A DNA stretch of 64,000 nucleotides from Candidatus Dojkabacteria bacterium (GTDB lineage Bacteria; Patescibacteriota; Dojkabacteria; SC72). The notes under the pieces are model-generated. The model was not told where the DNA came from and did not search any database. It was given only the letters and a program-made list of their open reading frames with translations. Below are positions 47,160-57,591 of this stretch, piece after piece. How positions within the stretch are numbered: the first letter of the stretch is position 1; every line of letters starts with the position of its first letter. Position numbers and translations under genes: made by a program. The stretch lies in the NCBI GenBank assembly GCA_050950165.1, contig JBMNHC010000001.1:593073-657072 (forward strand), written 5' to 3'.

Positions 47160-48782
47160 ATGGAAAATGAGTTGAACTATTTTAAAAATGGCAAAGAACA
47201 TCTTCTCTCTAGAAGAGAGTTTTTAAGATGTAGCACAGTAGCAATGGGCGTTCTTTTTCTCTCCCCTGATATAGAGAAATCAGGTGTTGAAGATAATACT
47301 TTTGCAGAAGTTGCTCAATCATATATTGCAGATACACATAAGGATGCTACCCTCATATCTGAATACATTAGAATGGAGAAAGGATCCTCTCCTTCAAATA
47401 TATGTGGTCCTCTTGCTACCTCTATACTTCTTGGTTGGAAATTGAAAGGAGATGGTACAATTAGTAGTGCTTTGGGAGAGGAAAGCAGTAAAAGTAGAAT
47501 GGAAGGAGTAGTACCAAGAGAGATGTGGTTAGGTTCTCCTTCTAATGATTTAAATAGATTTAAACTAGCGTTTCCAGAGAGCGCATACGAAAGCTATCGT
47601 ATTAAAGAGAATATATATTTTGCTGATTTTAACAATATTCCTGGTGCTAATACACTTAAACCGGGAGATTTTCTTTACTTAGACGGAGGTTCTTTTACTC
47701 ACTACATTGCTATATCCAGACGAGATAGCAGTGGAAGGTTGTACTCTGTATCAAATGTACATGGAGAGAAGATTGATGAATTTAAAATTCAAGAGTTAAT
47801 GGTTTGGGATCCTAATATTAAAGATGGATTCTTGAGGGAATGGGCAAAAGGTGTAGGCCCACAGAGAGCAAGAACGGGACTGAAAGGTTTCTACCTATGG
47901 AGAAGAAAAGAAGATGCAGAACCTCTCGTTGAAGATAAAGCAGCAAAGGAGTTGCGAGATACTCTCATTAACAAAATGCGCAACCAGAAACAAGGAGATT
48001 GGAACATATATATCAATGAGATAGGAAAGGGAGAGATTTTTGAGTGGAGAGATGGAATACCTTATCATAGTGCTTCAACAATTAAGGTTCCACTAGCAGT
48101 GTTAGCTCTTAGGATAATAAATGTTGGGTATAAAGATGAGATTGCTAAAGATGGGTTAGAGGCTACACTTAAAAAGAGAGGTTTTGAAGGTAGAACTTTT
48201 AATCAACTCCTTTCTGCGATGTTAGTTAATTCAGAGGAGGTTGCTACTGATAATATTGTAAAATTCATAAGAAGATTTGTAGCCCTAGAAGATGGTATTA
48301 AAGGTTTAGGAATGGATAATACTTCATACAAGCCTAGAAGAACTACACAGAGAGATCTTTTTAGATGTTGGAAATCTCTCTTTACTGGTAAGTATTTGGA
48401 TAAAGAAAATACGTCTTACCTTCTTAAGAAGATGGCAGAGTATACAGAAAATGATGACATGATGATTGGTGAGCTTAAAAAGCAGTTTCCTAATGCTAAG
48501 CAGTGGAATAAGAGAGGAATAATTGCAGATGATATTCTCACAGTGCAGGATAGCGGTATTACTTTAATCCCTACAGCAGATGGTAATAGATATCTGTACA
48601 TAGGTATTGCAGGCTCAGGGAATAATAACAGACCTATTAAATATGAAGAGGTAAGAGAGTTTATCTCTTCAATAATGGATGATATATCTAAATATATTAA
48701 GGATAGTAAACAAAACAGGAGTAATCTAAAATGTATTAACTCATTCTCCCCATCTCCCTCCTGTTCCTTCTATATAAAGTAA
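47160..48782 (+). CDS. TAT-signal secreted two-domain protein: an N-terminal Cys/His domain and a C-terminal class-A-beta-lactamase-like serine hydrolase domain
   Basis: 540 aa with a twin-arginine motif SRREFLR plus an h-region. The C-terminal half has SxxK (ASTIKV), NSE (SDN-like) and KRG (KTG-like). The N-terminal half has conserved-looking Cys (NICGPLA) and His (FTHYIAIS). Confidence 0.65.
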   Translation: MENELNYFKNGKEHLLSRREFLRCSTVAMGVLFLSPDIEKSGVEDNTFAEVAQSYIADTHKDATLISEYIRMEKGSSPSNICGPLATSILLGWKLKGDGTISSALGEESSKSRMEGVVPREMWLGSPSNDLNRFKLAFPESAYESYRIKENIYFADFNNIPGANTLKPGDFLYLDGGSFTHYIAISRRDSSGRLYSVSNVHGEKIDEFKIQELMVWDPNIKDGFLREWAKGVGPQRARTGLKGFYLWRRKEDAEPLVEDKAAKELRDTLINKMRNQKQGDWNIYINEIGKGEIFEWRDGIPYHSASTIKVPLAVLALRIINVGYKDEIAKDGLEATLKKRGFEGRTFNQLLSAMLVNSEEVATDNIVKFIRRFVALEDGIKGLGMDNTSYKPRRTTQRDLFRCWKSLFTGKYLDKENTSYLLKKMAEYTENDDMMIGELKKQFPNAKQWNKRGIIADDILTVQDSGITLIPTADGNRYLYIGIAGSGNNNRPIKYEEVREFISSIMDDISKYIKDSKQNRSNLKCINSFSPSPSCSFYIK

Positions 48783-48907
48783 GAAAGTTGTCTAGTAGAA
48801 CAAACGGCTGGTATCCCTACTCAATCTTTTATATAAATACATAATAGACAGAAAGGAGTATGGTTATAGCTTTTATTTAGTTATCCGTATGTGATTTGTA
48901 CAGAGTA

Positions 48908-48936
48908 TTGAAATGTTATGGGATTAGTTGTATAAT
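48908..48936 (+). promoter_or_regulatory. Sigma70-like promoter (TTGAAA-N17-TATAAT) for the giant surface-protein gene
   Basis: TTGAAA at 48908-48913 and TATAAT at 48931-48936. It lies about 85 nt upstream of the ATG at 49021. Confidence 0.45.
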
Positions 48937-49020
48937 CCGACAGTTGTAGATAGAGTGCTATCAGAGTCTCTCTACATGTTTTGTAATTTATATTTTTATT
49001 AAAATTATTATTTACAAATA

Positions 49021-52000
49021 ATGAAGCTAAACAAAAAGCTCCTAAAGAAGTCTTTGTATAAGATTTCTACAGTCCTATTTTTAATAGGATATACTTTTAC
49101 CCCACCATTTTTGGCATTTGATCAATTAAGAGATATAGGAGGAGAGATTACTCCTGTAGCTGCTGCTGATGGGCCGTATACTATTTCTTCTACTAGTGGT
49201 ATTTGGACTAAGGTTGAAGGAACAACTAACTATTCTGGTGTGAATACCAGTGAGATAAGATGGGGAACTGGAAATCCAAGAAGTGGACTAAAATTCACTT
49301 CTGCTGGTGCTCAAACTTTTGATGCAAATCAGAAATTTCTCATAGGAGATTTAACACATATGAACTGGCCAGTTTCTGGTGGTACTGCAGATTCTGCAAC
49401 TCTAAAAGTTACTTTGAATTTTTCTCAACCTCCTCTTTCTCCAAATCCAACATTTTCATACAAGTTTAATATAAATGAAACGAGTAATGGATATTCTTGG
49501 TATAAAAATTGTCCAGGATATCCTGATGAACAGTTAAGCACAACCCCATGTGATGATGTGATTACGTTCCCAAGTGCATATGGACAGGAAGTTTTTACAA
49601 TTGGGGATATGAAATATACATTAAAGATTGATGGATTCCAAAGTCAATATCCAACAGGAGATCCTGTATCTAAATTCATAACAGAAGAAAAGAAAGATAA
49701 TGTAGCATATTTGGTTGGTCATCTAAGTTCTATTTTAGTTGAAAAACCAGCTATCTCCATTGTTAAGAAAGTAAATGGACAGGATGCTAATACTCCTGCA
49801 GAAGCAGTAGAGGTAACAGCAGGAGAAACTGTAAATTTTGAATATATTGTACAGAATACAGGTAATGTAAAGTTAACAAACATTGCAGTAACAGATGACA
49901 AAGGAGTACAAGTAACATGTCCAGGAACAGAATTAGAACCAGGTACAAATATGACTTGTACAGGAAGTGCTACAGCTATTGCAGGTGACTATACTAATAT
50001 TGGTACAGTTACATCATCTCATGATTTATCAGCAAGTGATCCTGCAAACTATAAAGGTATTATTCCTACAATTAGAATTTGTCATGCATCTGGTTCACAT
50101 ACAAACCCATATATTGTAAATAATCCAAGTGCATCTGGAGATTTGAATGGGCATGCAGGACATACTGGTCCTATTTGGTTCCCAGGTATAACAGTAGATT
50201 GGGGAGATATCATTCCTTCATTTACATCATATGATGGAGTTTACTTCCCTGGTCTTAACTGGAGTGAGTATGGACAAGCAGTGTATAACAATAACTGTGT
50301 AATTCCACAAGGTAAAATAATTGTAAAGAAAGTTTTAAGTCCAGCTTCTACTAGTAATCAAGCATTTGAAATAGTTGGTAGTGGTACTCCTGCAATAGAG
50401 GGTTCCCCTACTTTCTTGTATTACAGTAATAGCAATATTGGAAGTATTAGTAGGAATCAGTCTCATACATACAATGTAATGCCTGGTACATATAATATTG
50501 CAGAAACAGTACCAGCAGGTTGGAGTTTAGTAAGTAATACATGTTCAAATATTGAAATTACAAATAATGAGACTAAGGAGTGTACTATTACTAATACACA
50601 ACATGGTTCATTAACTATTGTTAAAAGAGCTCTACCATATGGTAATACTTCATTTGGATTTAAACTTTCAGGTAATGGAGTTAGTGAACAGTTTAATTTA
50701 GTAGATAACTCTGAAACAGAAGATGCAAGTAAAACATTTAGTTTAACAACAGGTACATATGCAGTTGCAGAAGATGACTATAGTGCAGATTGGAAAACAA
50801 CACACTCTTGTACAAAAGGTAGTATAGATAATATTGCATTGGGTGCAGGTGAATCAGTAACTTGTACATTTACAAATACAAAATATGGATCTATCTCAGG
50901 ATACAAATTACAAGATGCTGACAACGATGATTCTACTACTACAGATAGAACTCCAGTTTCTGGATGGACAATAATTCTAAAAGATAAGAATGGGACTGAA
51001 ATAGCTAGAACAACAACTAATGTAAATGGATATTATGAATTTACAGGATTACTTCCTGCAGATTACATAGTAACAGAAGGTCTTGAAGTTGGTTGGATAG
51101 TTTTAGTTGGTGATAGCAAGAATGTAACATTAGATGCAGGTGAGAATGAAGAGAATGTGAATTTTGTAAATGTTAAGTTAGGTAGTATTAAAGTTCTAAA
51201 GAATGTTGATACAGATGGAGATGGAGATGTAGATCAGGAGGGTTCAACAGAGTGGTCTTGGACACTTAACGGAGCAAATGCGGGTGCAACAGGTACAACT
51301 AAATCTGATTTGGAACCAGGTTCATATACAATTAAAGAGACAGGTGGCTTAGATAACTTCCACTTTGTTTCATTAAGTTGTACAGGTGCAGCAGATGAAA
51401 GAATCACTATCACAGATGATACTGCTACAATAGATTTAAGATCTGGTGAAGATGTAGTCTGTACATATACAAATGCAAGAAACTTAGGAAAGTTAATAAT
51501 TGAGAAGGAAGTTATTAATGATAATGGTGGTAGTAAGAAGGCTACAGATTTCTCATTCCAGATAGATAGTGAAGATGCAATTCAATTCACTAAGAATGGA
51601 GAGAATGAATTACTAGGAAGAAATGAGTATGTAAGATATGCAGGTCTCTCCTACACTATTACAGAACCTGAAGCAAATCAGGATGGATATACAACTACAT
51701 ACAGAAATTGTGAAGATATTGTAGTTCCTCATGATGGTGAAGTTGTATGTAAGATTACGAATAATGATAGTAAGCCTTCACTAACTCTTGTTAAGGAAGT
51801 TAAGAATGATAACGGTGGTACAGCAGTTAAAACCGATTGGAACTTGAAAGCAGATGGACCTACTCCAATCAGTGGAGATGGTGGTGCAACAAGTGGTGAT
51901 GATTTCCAAGCAGGTACATATATATTAAGTGAGAGTGGAGATGTAGCTGGGTATAATGCAAGTGATTGGAGTTGTACAAATGGTGTTGTAGTTGATGATA

Positions 52001-55000
52001 ACAATGGAATAACCATTGGAATAGGTCAATCTACTGTATGTACAATAGTAAATGATGATATTGCACCTTCATTACAATTAGTTAAAGTTGTTAATAATAA
52101 CTTTGGTGGTAATGCAAAAATTACTGATTGGGCACTAACAGCAACTGGTCCTACAACAATCACAGGAAATGGTGGTGTTACAAGTGGAGATACCTTTAAG
52201 GCAGGTACATATACATTAAGTGAGAGTGGAGATGTAACAGGATATGATGCAAGTAGTTGGAGTTGTACCAATGGTATTACAGTTGATGCAAACAATGGAA
52301 TTACTTTAGGAGTTGGTGAGTCTACAGTATGTACCATTACTAATAGTGATATTCAGCCAACATTGACTTTAGTTAAGACTGTTGTAAATAAGTATGGTGG
52401 TAATAAAGAAGTATCAGACTTTAATCTCTACATAGGAGATACCAAAGTAACAAGTGGTGTTGCTACAGGTGTAAATGCAAATACACAATATACAGTAAGA
52501 GAAGATCAATTAGATGGATATACAGCATCTGATTGGAGTGGAGATTGTAGTGCAGATGGAAAGATTACATTACTTCCAGGTGAGAACAAGACCTGTACTA
52601 TTACAAATAGTGATTCTCAGTCTAAGATTACCGTTATTAAGAAAGTAGTTAATGATAATGGTGGTACAGCAACAGCTAATGATTTTAATATTACCTTAAC
52701 AGACTCCACATTAACGTTTGATGCAGGTGTAAAAGATGGTGATACAACAACTTACACAGCTTCAGTATTTGGAGATGTAAATAAGGAATACACACTATCT
52801 GAAACAGTTGCAAATACAGGATATACAATGGATAGTTTAGAATGTTCTCTCGGTTCTGATGGAGTCTTTACTCTTCCAGAAGGACAAGATGTAACTTGTA
52901 CAATTGTTAACAATGATATCCAACCAAAGCTTACTGTAGTTAAAGTTGTTGATAATGAAACATATGGTAACAAGGAGGTTTCTGATTTCACACTCTATGT
53001 ATCAGGAAATAAGGTAACCAGTGGAGATGTTAATAACTTAGATGCAGGAGAGTATACAGTAAGTGAAGATAACATTGATGGATATGAGGCTACAATAACT
53101 GGTGATTGTGATGTTCAAGGTAAAGTTACATTAAATCCTGGTGATGATAAGACCTGTACTATTACAAATAGAAGTACACACGGTAAGATAGTTATTAAGA
53201 AACTAGTTGAACCTGATACAGATTCTACAGAATTTACATTTACAGGTGATGTAGCTGGAACAATTGGTCATAATGGAACTATTGAAAAGATAGTAGTTCC
53301 AGGAGAGTACTCTGTAGCAGAAACATCTTTAACAGGATGGAATCTGAAATCTCTAGTATGTGATGATACAGATAGTAGTGCAAGTGGATATACAGCAAGA
53401 ATTAAGGTTGGAGATAATGAAACAGTAACATGTACATTTACTAATGAGAAATTAGGAAAGATCTCAGGTTACAAGTACGAGGATAAGAATGGAAATGGTA
53501 TATGGGATGCAGAAGAGCCTGCATTAGATGGTTGGACTATCAACAATGGACTTGGTGATAGTACAACAACAAATGCTAGTGGATACTACGAGTTTACTAG
53601 CTTACCAGTAGGTAATACATATACAATTACTGAAACTCAAAAAGATGGTTGGACTCAAACATCCACTAACCCATCAGCAATTACAATTGTTGCAGGAGAT
53701 GATGTTAAGGATATAAACTTTGGTAACTTCAAACATGTAACAATCAATGTAACTAAAGATGTTGTTGGTATAGATGGAGTAACTGATGTTGAAGACGACA
53801 GAACATTTACTGCACAACTTAATGGTGGAAATGAAAAATTAATATCTGAGACAACAACAGCTACATATACAATTGAACAGCCTGGTACATATACAGTATC
53901 AGAGTTTGATGTGGTGGACTACACATATCTAGGATGCTTCTTAGGAGATGTTGCATTTACTGACTATGCAGTAGAGAGTGGTAAAATATACAATGTAGTA
54001 TGTAAGAATGCACAACTACCAGCAACAGTAATAGTTACAAAGAATGTAGTAAATAGTGATGGGGTTGATGAGGATGTATTCTCAGATGATCAGTTTGATG
54101 TTGTACTTGGTGAAGAAACTAAACAGATTGCAGACACAGCAAATGGTAAGGTACTTGCTACATTTGAAGGATTACAACCAGGAGAGTACACATTAACAGA
54201 AACTGAAAAGGATGGATATATCTTTGAAGGATGTACAAACTCTGAGGGTACTCTTGGAAGTAATGAGACTGTAGAAGTTGTATGTACAAACAGAGTAATT
54301 GATCCTCTTCTTGAGATTGAAAAGAGTAATGATAAAGAAGGTATAGATCAATATGCAGGAGATGAAGTTACATACACAATTAAAGTAACAGCACCTAGCG
54401 ATGAACTAGATGGAACATATGTTCTAAATAATGTAGTTATTTCTGACATTGCTCCAGCAGGATTTGAATATATCTCTGATACATGGACAGCACAGAAGAA
54501 TGGTGTTGATATCATAGTTCCTGAACCTACATATGATGGAGAAAATGCAGCACAGTGGATAATTGGAGATATGAAAGAAGGAGATGAAGTAGTATTAACA
54601 TACAAAACTAAGATCTCTCTTCTTACAGATCCAGGAGTATATCCAGATATCGCATGGGTAAAAGGTGCCTCTATAAGTAATCTTCCTGTTTTGGGTAATG
54701 TATCTACAGATGCTTCTACTCCATTTGTAGGAACAGAAGTTAAAGTAATAGAGCCAATTGAAACAGAAGATGGAGAGGTATTAGGAGCTATATCATATCT
54801 ACCAAAAACAGGTGCAGATACATATCTAACATTAGGAGCATTAGCTATGGTGTTACTAGGCTTGTTTGCCCTACTCTCTAGACCATTTAAGAAATTAAAG
54901 TATGCTTTACTTACAACAGTAATGGCTTTTTCAATACTCTCAGTTGCTTTAGCAACAGAGGTGTTAGCTGAGCCTTACTTAGATGTTAAAATCGAAAAAC

Positions 55001-55812
55001 CAGTAACTCCTACTGCTAAAAAGTCATTTAATATTGATTTCACAGCACAGAGTACATCTGGAGAGACACCAGAAGTGGATTGTTACAAAGATGCAGTTAA
55101 ATTTGCATCCTTTACTGCTAACTCTGGAGCATGTCCAGTAACAGTAACAGAGTCAGGTACATACTCATTCTATGTAGTTGCAACTGCAGGAGGTCAAACA
55201 GAACAATCTGAAACAGTAACAGTCGTAGTAGATTTAACTTCACCATCTCCTGTTACGGGATACAGCAAGAGTGGTAATGTATTAACATTTACAACTGCAA
55301 ATGATGGTAGAACATCTAAGGTTGAGATATTTAGATCAGACAAGTCATCATTTACAGCAAATGCATCAACCCGTCTTGATACAATGAATGTATCACCTAA
55401 TACAACATATACATATACAGATGGAACAGCAGTAGCAGGAAACACATATTACTATGCATTAAGAGCTGTAGATGCATATGGTAATGTCTCAACACTTGTT
55501 TCAGACAATGTAGTGATTGTTGTAAAAGAACCAGCTACTACTACAACTACTAATGTAGCTAAAACAGAAACAAGTGAAGTAGAAGGAGCAACAGATGAAG
55601 ATAAAGATAGTGCATCTAAGGAAGTAAAGGGAGAAACAGATGATAGTACAACTCAAAAAGCAGACGAGGGTAAAGAGAGTAATGAAACTAATGATTCTGA
55701 TTCAGATGAAAAGAAATCATTCCTTAGTTATTGGTATATCTGGGTTCCAGTATTAATTGTATCTGTAGGATTAGTCTATCTTTATGTCAGAAGAGAGAAA
55801 AAGAGTTACTAA
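49021..55812 (+). CDS. Giant LPxTG-motif cell-surface protein (2263 aa). It carries DUF11/'CTITN' Ig-like tandem repeats and CnaB/SdrD-B-like domains. A complete sorting signal sits at about residue 1930. An in-frame signal-peptide-like segment, an FN3-like domain, an acidic linker and a terminal TM follow it.
   Basis: The N-terminus has signal/TM character. About eight ~100-aa repeats end in ...C(T)ITN. GYKYEDKNGNGIWD is a CnaB-type motif. LPKTG + LTLGALAMVLLGLFALL + SRPFKK is a textbook sortase signal. The ORF then continues as KKLKYALLTTVMAFSILSVALATEVLA..., ending in ...YIWVPVLIVSVGLVYLYVRREKK. Confidence 0.85.
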   Translation: MKLNKKLLKKSLYKISTVLFLIGYTFTPPFLAFDQLRDIGGEITPVAAADGPYTISSTSGIWTKVEGTTNYSGVNTSEIRWGTGNPRSGLKFTSAGAQTFDANQKFLIGDLTHMNWPVSGGTADSATLKVTLNFSQPPLSPNPTFSYKFNINETSNGYSWYKNCPGYPDEQLSTTPCDDVITFPSAYGQEVFTIGDMKYTLKIDGFQSQYPTGDPVSKFITEEKKDNVAYLVGHLSSILVEKPAISIVKKVNGQDANTPAEAVEVTAGETVNFEYIVQNTGNVKLTNIAVTDDKGVQVTCPGTELEPGTNMTCTGSATAIAGDYTNIGTVTSSHDLSASDPANYKGIIPTIRICHASGSHTNPYIVNNPSASGDLNGHAGHTGPIWFPGITVDWGDIIPSFTSYDGVYFPGLNWSEYGQAVYNNNCVIPQGKIIVKKVLSPASTSNQAFEIVGSGTPAIEGSPTFLYYSNSNIGSISRNQSHTYNVMPGTYNIAETVPAGWSLVSNTCSNIEITNNETKECTITNTQHGSLTIVKRALPYGNTSFGFKLSGNGVSEQFNLVDNSETEDASKTFSLTTGTYAVAEDDYSADWKTTHSCTKGSIDNIALGAGESVTCTFTNTKYGSISGYKLQDADNDDSTTTDRTPVSGWTIILKDKNGTEIARTTTNVNGYYEFTGLLPADYIVTEGLEVGWIVLVGDSKNVTLDAGENEENVNFVNVKLGSIKVLKNVDTDGDGDVDQEGSTEWSWTLNGANAGATGTTKSDLEPGSYTIKETGGLDNFHFVSLSCTGAADERITITDDTATIDLRSGEDVVCTYTNARNLGKLIIEKEVINDNGGSKKATDFSFQIDSEDAIQFTKNGENELLGRNEYVRYAGLSYTITEPEANQDGYTTTYRNCEDIVVPHDGEVVCKITNNDSKPSLTLVKEVKNDNGGTAVKTDWNLKADGPTPISGDGGATSGDDFQAGTYILSESGDVAGYNASDWSCTNGVVVDDNNGITIGIGQSTVCTIVNDDIAPSLQLVKVVNNNFGGNAKITDWALTATGPTTITGNGGVTSGDTFKAGTYTLSESGDVTGYDASSWSCTNGITVDANNGITLGVGESTVCTITNSDIQPTLTLVKTVVNKYGGNKEVSDFNLYIGDTKVTSGVATGVNANTQYTVREDQLDGYTASDWSGDCSADGKITLLPGENKTCTITNSDSQSKITVIKKVVNDNGGTATANDFNITLTDSTLTFDAGVKDGDTTTYTASVFGDVNKEYTLSETVANTGYTMDSLECSLGSDGVFTLPEGQDVTCTIVNNDIQPKLTVVKVVDNETYGNKEVSDFTLYVSGNKVTSGDVNNLDAGEYTVSEDNIDGYEATITGDCDVQGKVTLNPGDDKTCTITNRSTHGKIVIKKLVEPDTDSTEFTFTGDVAGTIGHNGTIEKIVVPGEYSVAETSLTGWNLKSLVCDDTDSSASGYTARIKVGDNETVTCTFTNEKLGKISGYKYEDKNGNGIWDAEEPALDGWTINNGLGDSTTTNASGYYEFTSLPVGNTYTITETQKDGWTQTSTNPSAITIVAGDDVKDINFGNFKHVTINVTKDVVGIDGVTDVEDDRTFTAQLNGGNEKLISETTTATYTIEQPGTYTVSEFDVVDYTYLGCFLGDVAFTDYAVESGKIYNVVCKNAQLPATVIVTKNVVNSDGVDEDVFSDDQFDVVLGEETKQIADTANGKVLATFEGLQPGEYTLTETEKDGYIFEGCTNSEGTLGSNETVEVVCTNRVIDPLLEIEKSNDKEGIDQYAGDEVTYTIKVTAPSDELDGTYVLNNVVISDIAPAGFEYISDTWTAQKNGVDIIVPEPTYDGENAAQWIIGDMKEGDEVVLTYKTKISLLTDPGVYPDIAWVKGASISNLPVLGNVSTDASTPFVGTEVKVIEPIETEDGEVLGAISYLPKTGADTYLTLGALAMVLLGLFALLSRPFKKLKYALLTTVMAFSILSVALATEVLAEPYLDVKIEKPVTPTAKKSFNIDFTAQSTSGETPEVDCYKDAVKFASFTANSGACPVTVTESGTYSFYVVATAGGQTEQSETVTVVVDLTSPSPVTGYSKSGNVLTFTTANDGRTSKVEIFRSDKSSFTANASTRLDTMNVSPNTTYTYTDGTAVAGNTYYYALRAVDAYGNVSTLVSDNVVIVVKEPATTTTTNVAKTETSEVEGATDEDKDSASKEVKGETDDSTTQKADEGKESNETNDSDSDEKKSFLSYWYIWVPVLIVSVGLVYLYVRREKKSY

Positions 55813-56461
55813 TTGGAAGATCATTGCAGGAGTAGTCTTACTCCTGCTAGGTCTAACTGCCCTCCTTTTGACCTTCTGGTCTGTAATCTCTGTATATATT
55901 TCTCACGTGCTCTCTCCTACTCCATCAACAAGTGTAGTTGAAATTGCAAAAAACAGTTCGGAGATTACTAAAGAGGTAGATAGTCAAACAGAGAAGGTAT
56001 TCGTAGATCCTGAATTTGGATTGTATATTCCTAAACTTAAAACAAATTGCTCCATTGCAGAAAATGTAGACCCCTTTGATAAAGATAGGTATACATCAGC
56101 ATTAAGAAGTAAGATAGCTCATGCTAAAGGAACATCTGTTCCTAACAAAAGTGGTAATGTATTTCTCTTTGGTCACTCTGCAGCAAATTTTTATGAAAGA
56201 CATGATCGTCTAGTCTATTTCTATCTTCTAAGAGAGCTATCTAAAGGTGATGAGATATTTCTAAGTTACAAAGGTGTAATCTACAAGTATGTTGTAGATG
56301 AACTTAAAACAGTATCTCCTGAAGATACAAAATATCTTAAAAATTACTCTGAGAAAGATACTCTTACACTTATGACATGTTATCCACCAGGTGCAGATTG
56401 GAAGAGAACAGTAGTTATCGCTTACAGAGATGAAGTAGAACCAATTGTAAAGGGTCTTTAA
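55784..56461 (+). CDS. Sortase (class A/E-like transpeptidase)
   Basis: 225 aa with an N-terminal TM. The catalytic His is in LFGHS and the active-site Cys in the TLxTC motif (TLTLMTCYP). A conserved Arg lies near the C-terminus. Its start overlaps the LPKTG protein's end by 29 nt. Confidence 0.85.
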   Translation: MSEERKRVTNWKIIAGVVLLLLGLTALLLTFWSVISVYISHVLSPTPSTSVVEIAKNSSEITKEVDSQTEKVFVDPEFGLYIPKLKTNCSIAENVDPFDKDRYTSALRSKIAHAKGTSVPNKSGNVFLFGHSAANFYERHDRLVYFYLLRELSKGDEIFLSYKGVIYKYVVDELKTVSPEDTKYLKNYSEKDTLTLMTCYPPGADWKRTVVIAYRDEVEPIVKGL

Positions 56462-57591
56462 CCTACCTCTTTATCTATCCACTTACTTACTGCTTTTCTT
56501 AAGTCTTCTTTACAGGTTTTTTGTATCTCATCAAATGTATGTGTAGGAGAAGCTATCTCATATATGCTCTCTATTAAATACTTCCTTTTTAGATTTACAT
56601 CATTGATTTCGTTTCTTCCTGTAAAGATAACGAGAGGGATTTCTCTTTTGGTAGTAAACTTAGCAATACCACTTATTGTTTTACCTTCTAAGGATTGACT
56701 ATCAAACTTTCCTTCTCCTGTGATAACGAGGTTTGTGTTATGTAAGATTTTATCAAAATTACACATCTCTAGTATTAAATCTATTCCATTAACAATATCT
56801 GCATTAAGAAAGAATGAGCATGATGCAGCTATTCCTCCAGCTGCACCACCCCCTACTATACTTGAGATATCTACCTTAAATTGTTTTTTAAGAATATTTG
56901 AGTAATGTCTTAAACCGTTGTCTAATAAAATGATTTCTTCTTTACTTGCTCCTTTCTGCTTAGCATATATATACGCTGCTCCATTTTTACCGTAGAGAGG
57001 ATTAGAAATATCTACCATGAGTGTAAATTTAAGATCTTTAATGTTATTTTTTAAACCTGAGTCATCGATACTAATGATTTTGTTTAGGGTAGAGCCTACT
57101 GGTACAAAAGAGTTTCCATCTTTATCTAAGAATTTAACTCCTAATGCAGAGAGTAGACCTGTACCTGCATCGTTTGTAGCACTACCACCTAGAGCAAGAA
57201 TAATGTTTTTTGTACCTTTAGATATGGCGTGCAGGATCTGTTCTCCCATTCCTAAACTAGTTGTAAACATGGGGTTTTTAGGGTTAGCAAATGTAAGTCC
57301 TGCACATTGTCCTGCCTCTATTACTACACTCTTGTCATATTTAACATACTTAAAATTTCTTTTAGTAAAGTTGGGGGAGGTAAAAAGATCTGTTACATAC
57401 TCACCTGAGAAATTTTCAAAGAAGACATCTATGGTATTCTCTCCTCCATCTGCTACTGAGAGTCTAATGACTTCTGCATTTGGTATTTTCCTTAAGATTT
57501 CTTCTTGGATAATGGTGCCTGCTGTAAGGGAGGACATTGTTCCTTTGAAGGAGTCTGGTGCTACCACTATTTTCGTTTTATCCTTCTGCAT
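56458..57591 (-). CDS. Glycerate kinase
   Basis: 377 aa. KIVVAPDSFKGTMSS is the N-terminal motif of the GlxK/GarK family. Confidence 0.85.
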   Translation of the reverse strand: MQKDKTKIVVAPDSFKGTMSSLTAGTIIQEEILRKIPNAEVIRLSVADGGENTIDVFFENFSGEYVTDLFTSPNFTKRNFKYVKYDKSVVIEAGQCAGLTFANPKNPMFTTSLGMGEQILHAISKGTKNIILALGGSATNDAGTGLLSALGVKFLDKDGNSFVPVGSTLNKIISIDDSGLKNNIKDLKFTLMVDISNPLYGKNGAAYIYAKQKGASKEEIILLDNGLRHYSNILKKQFKVDISSIVGGGAAGGIAASCSFFLNADIVNGIDLILEMCNFDKILHNTNLVITGEGKFDSQSLEGKTISGIAKFTTKREIPLVIFTGRNEINDVNLKRKYLIESIYEIASPTHTFDEIQKTCKEDLRKAVSKWIDKEVG

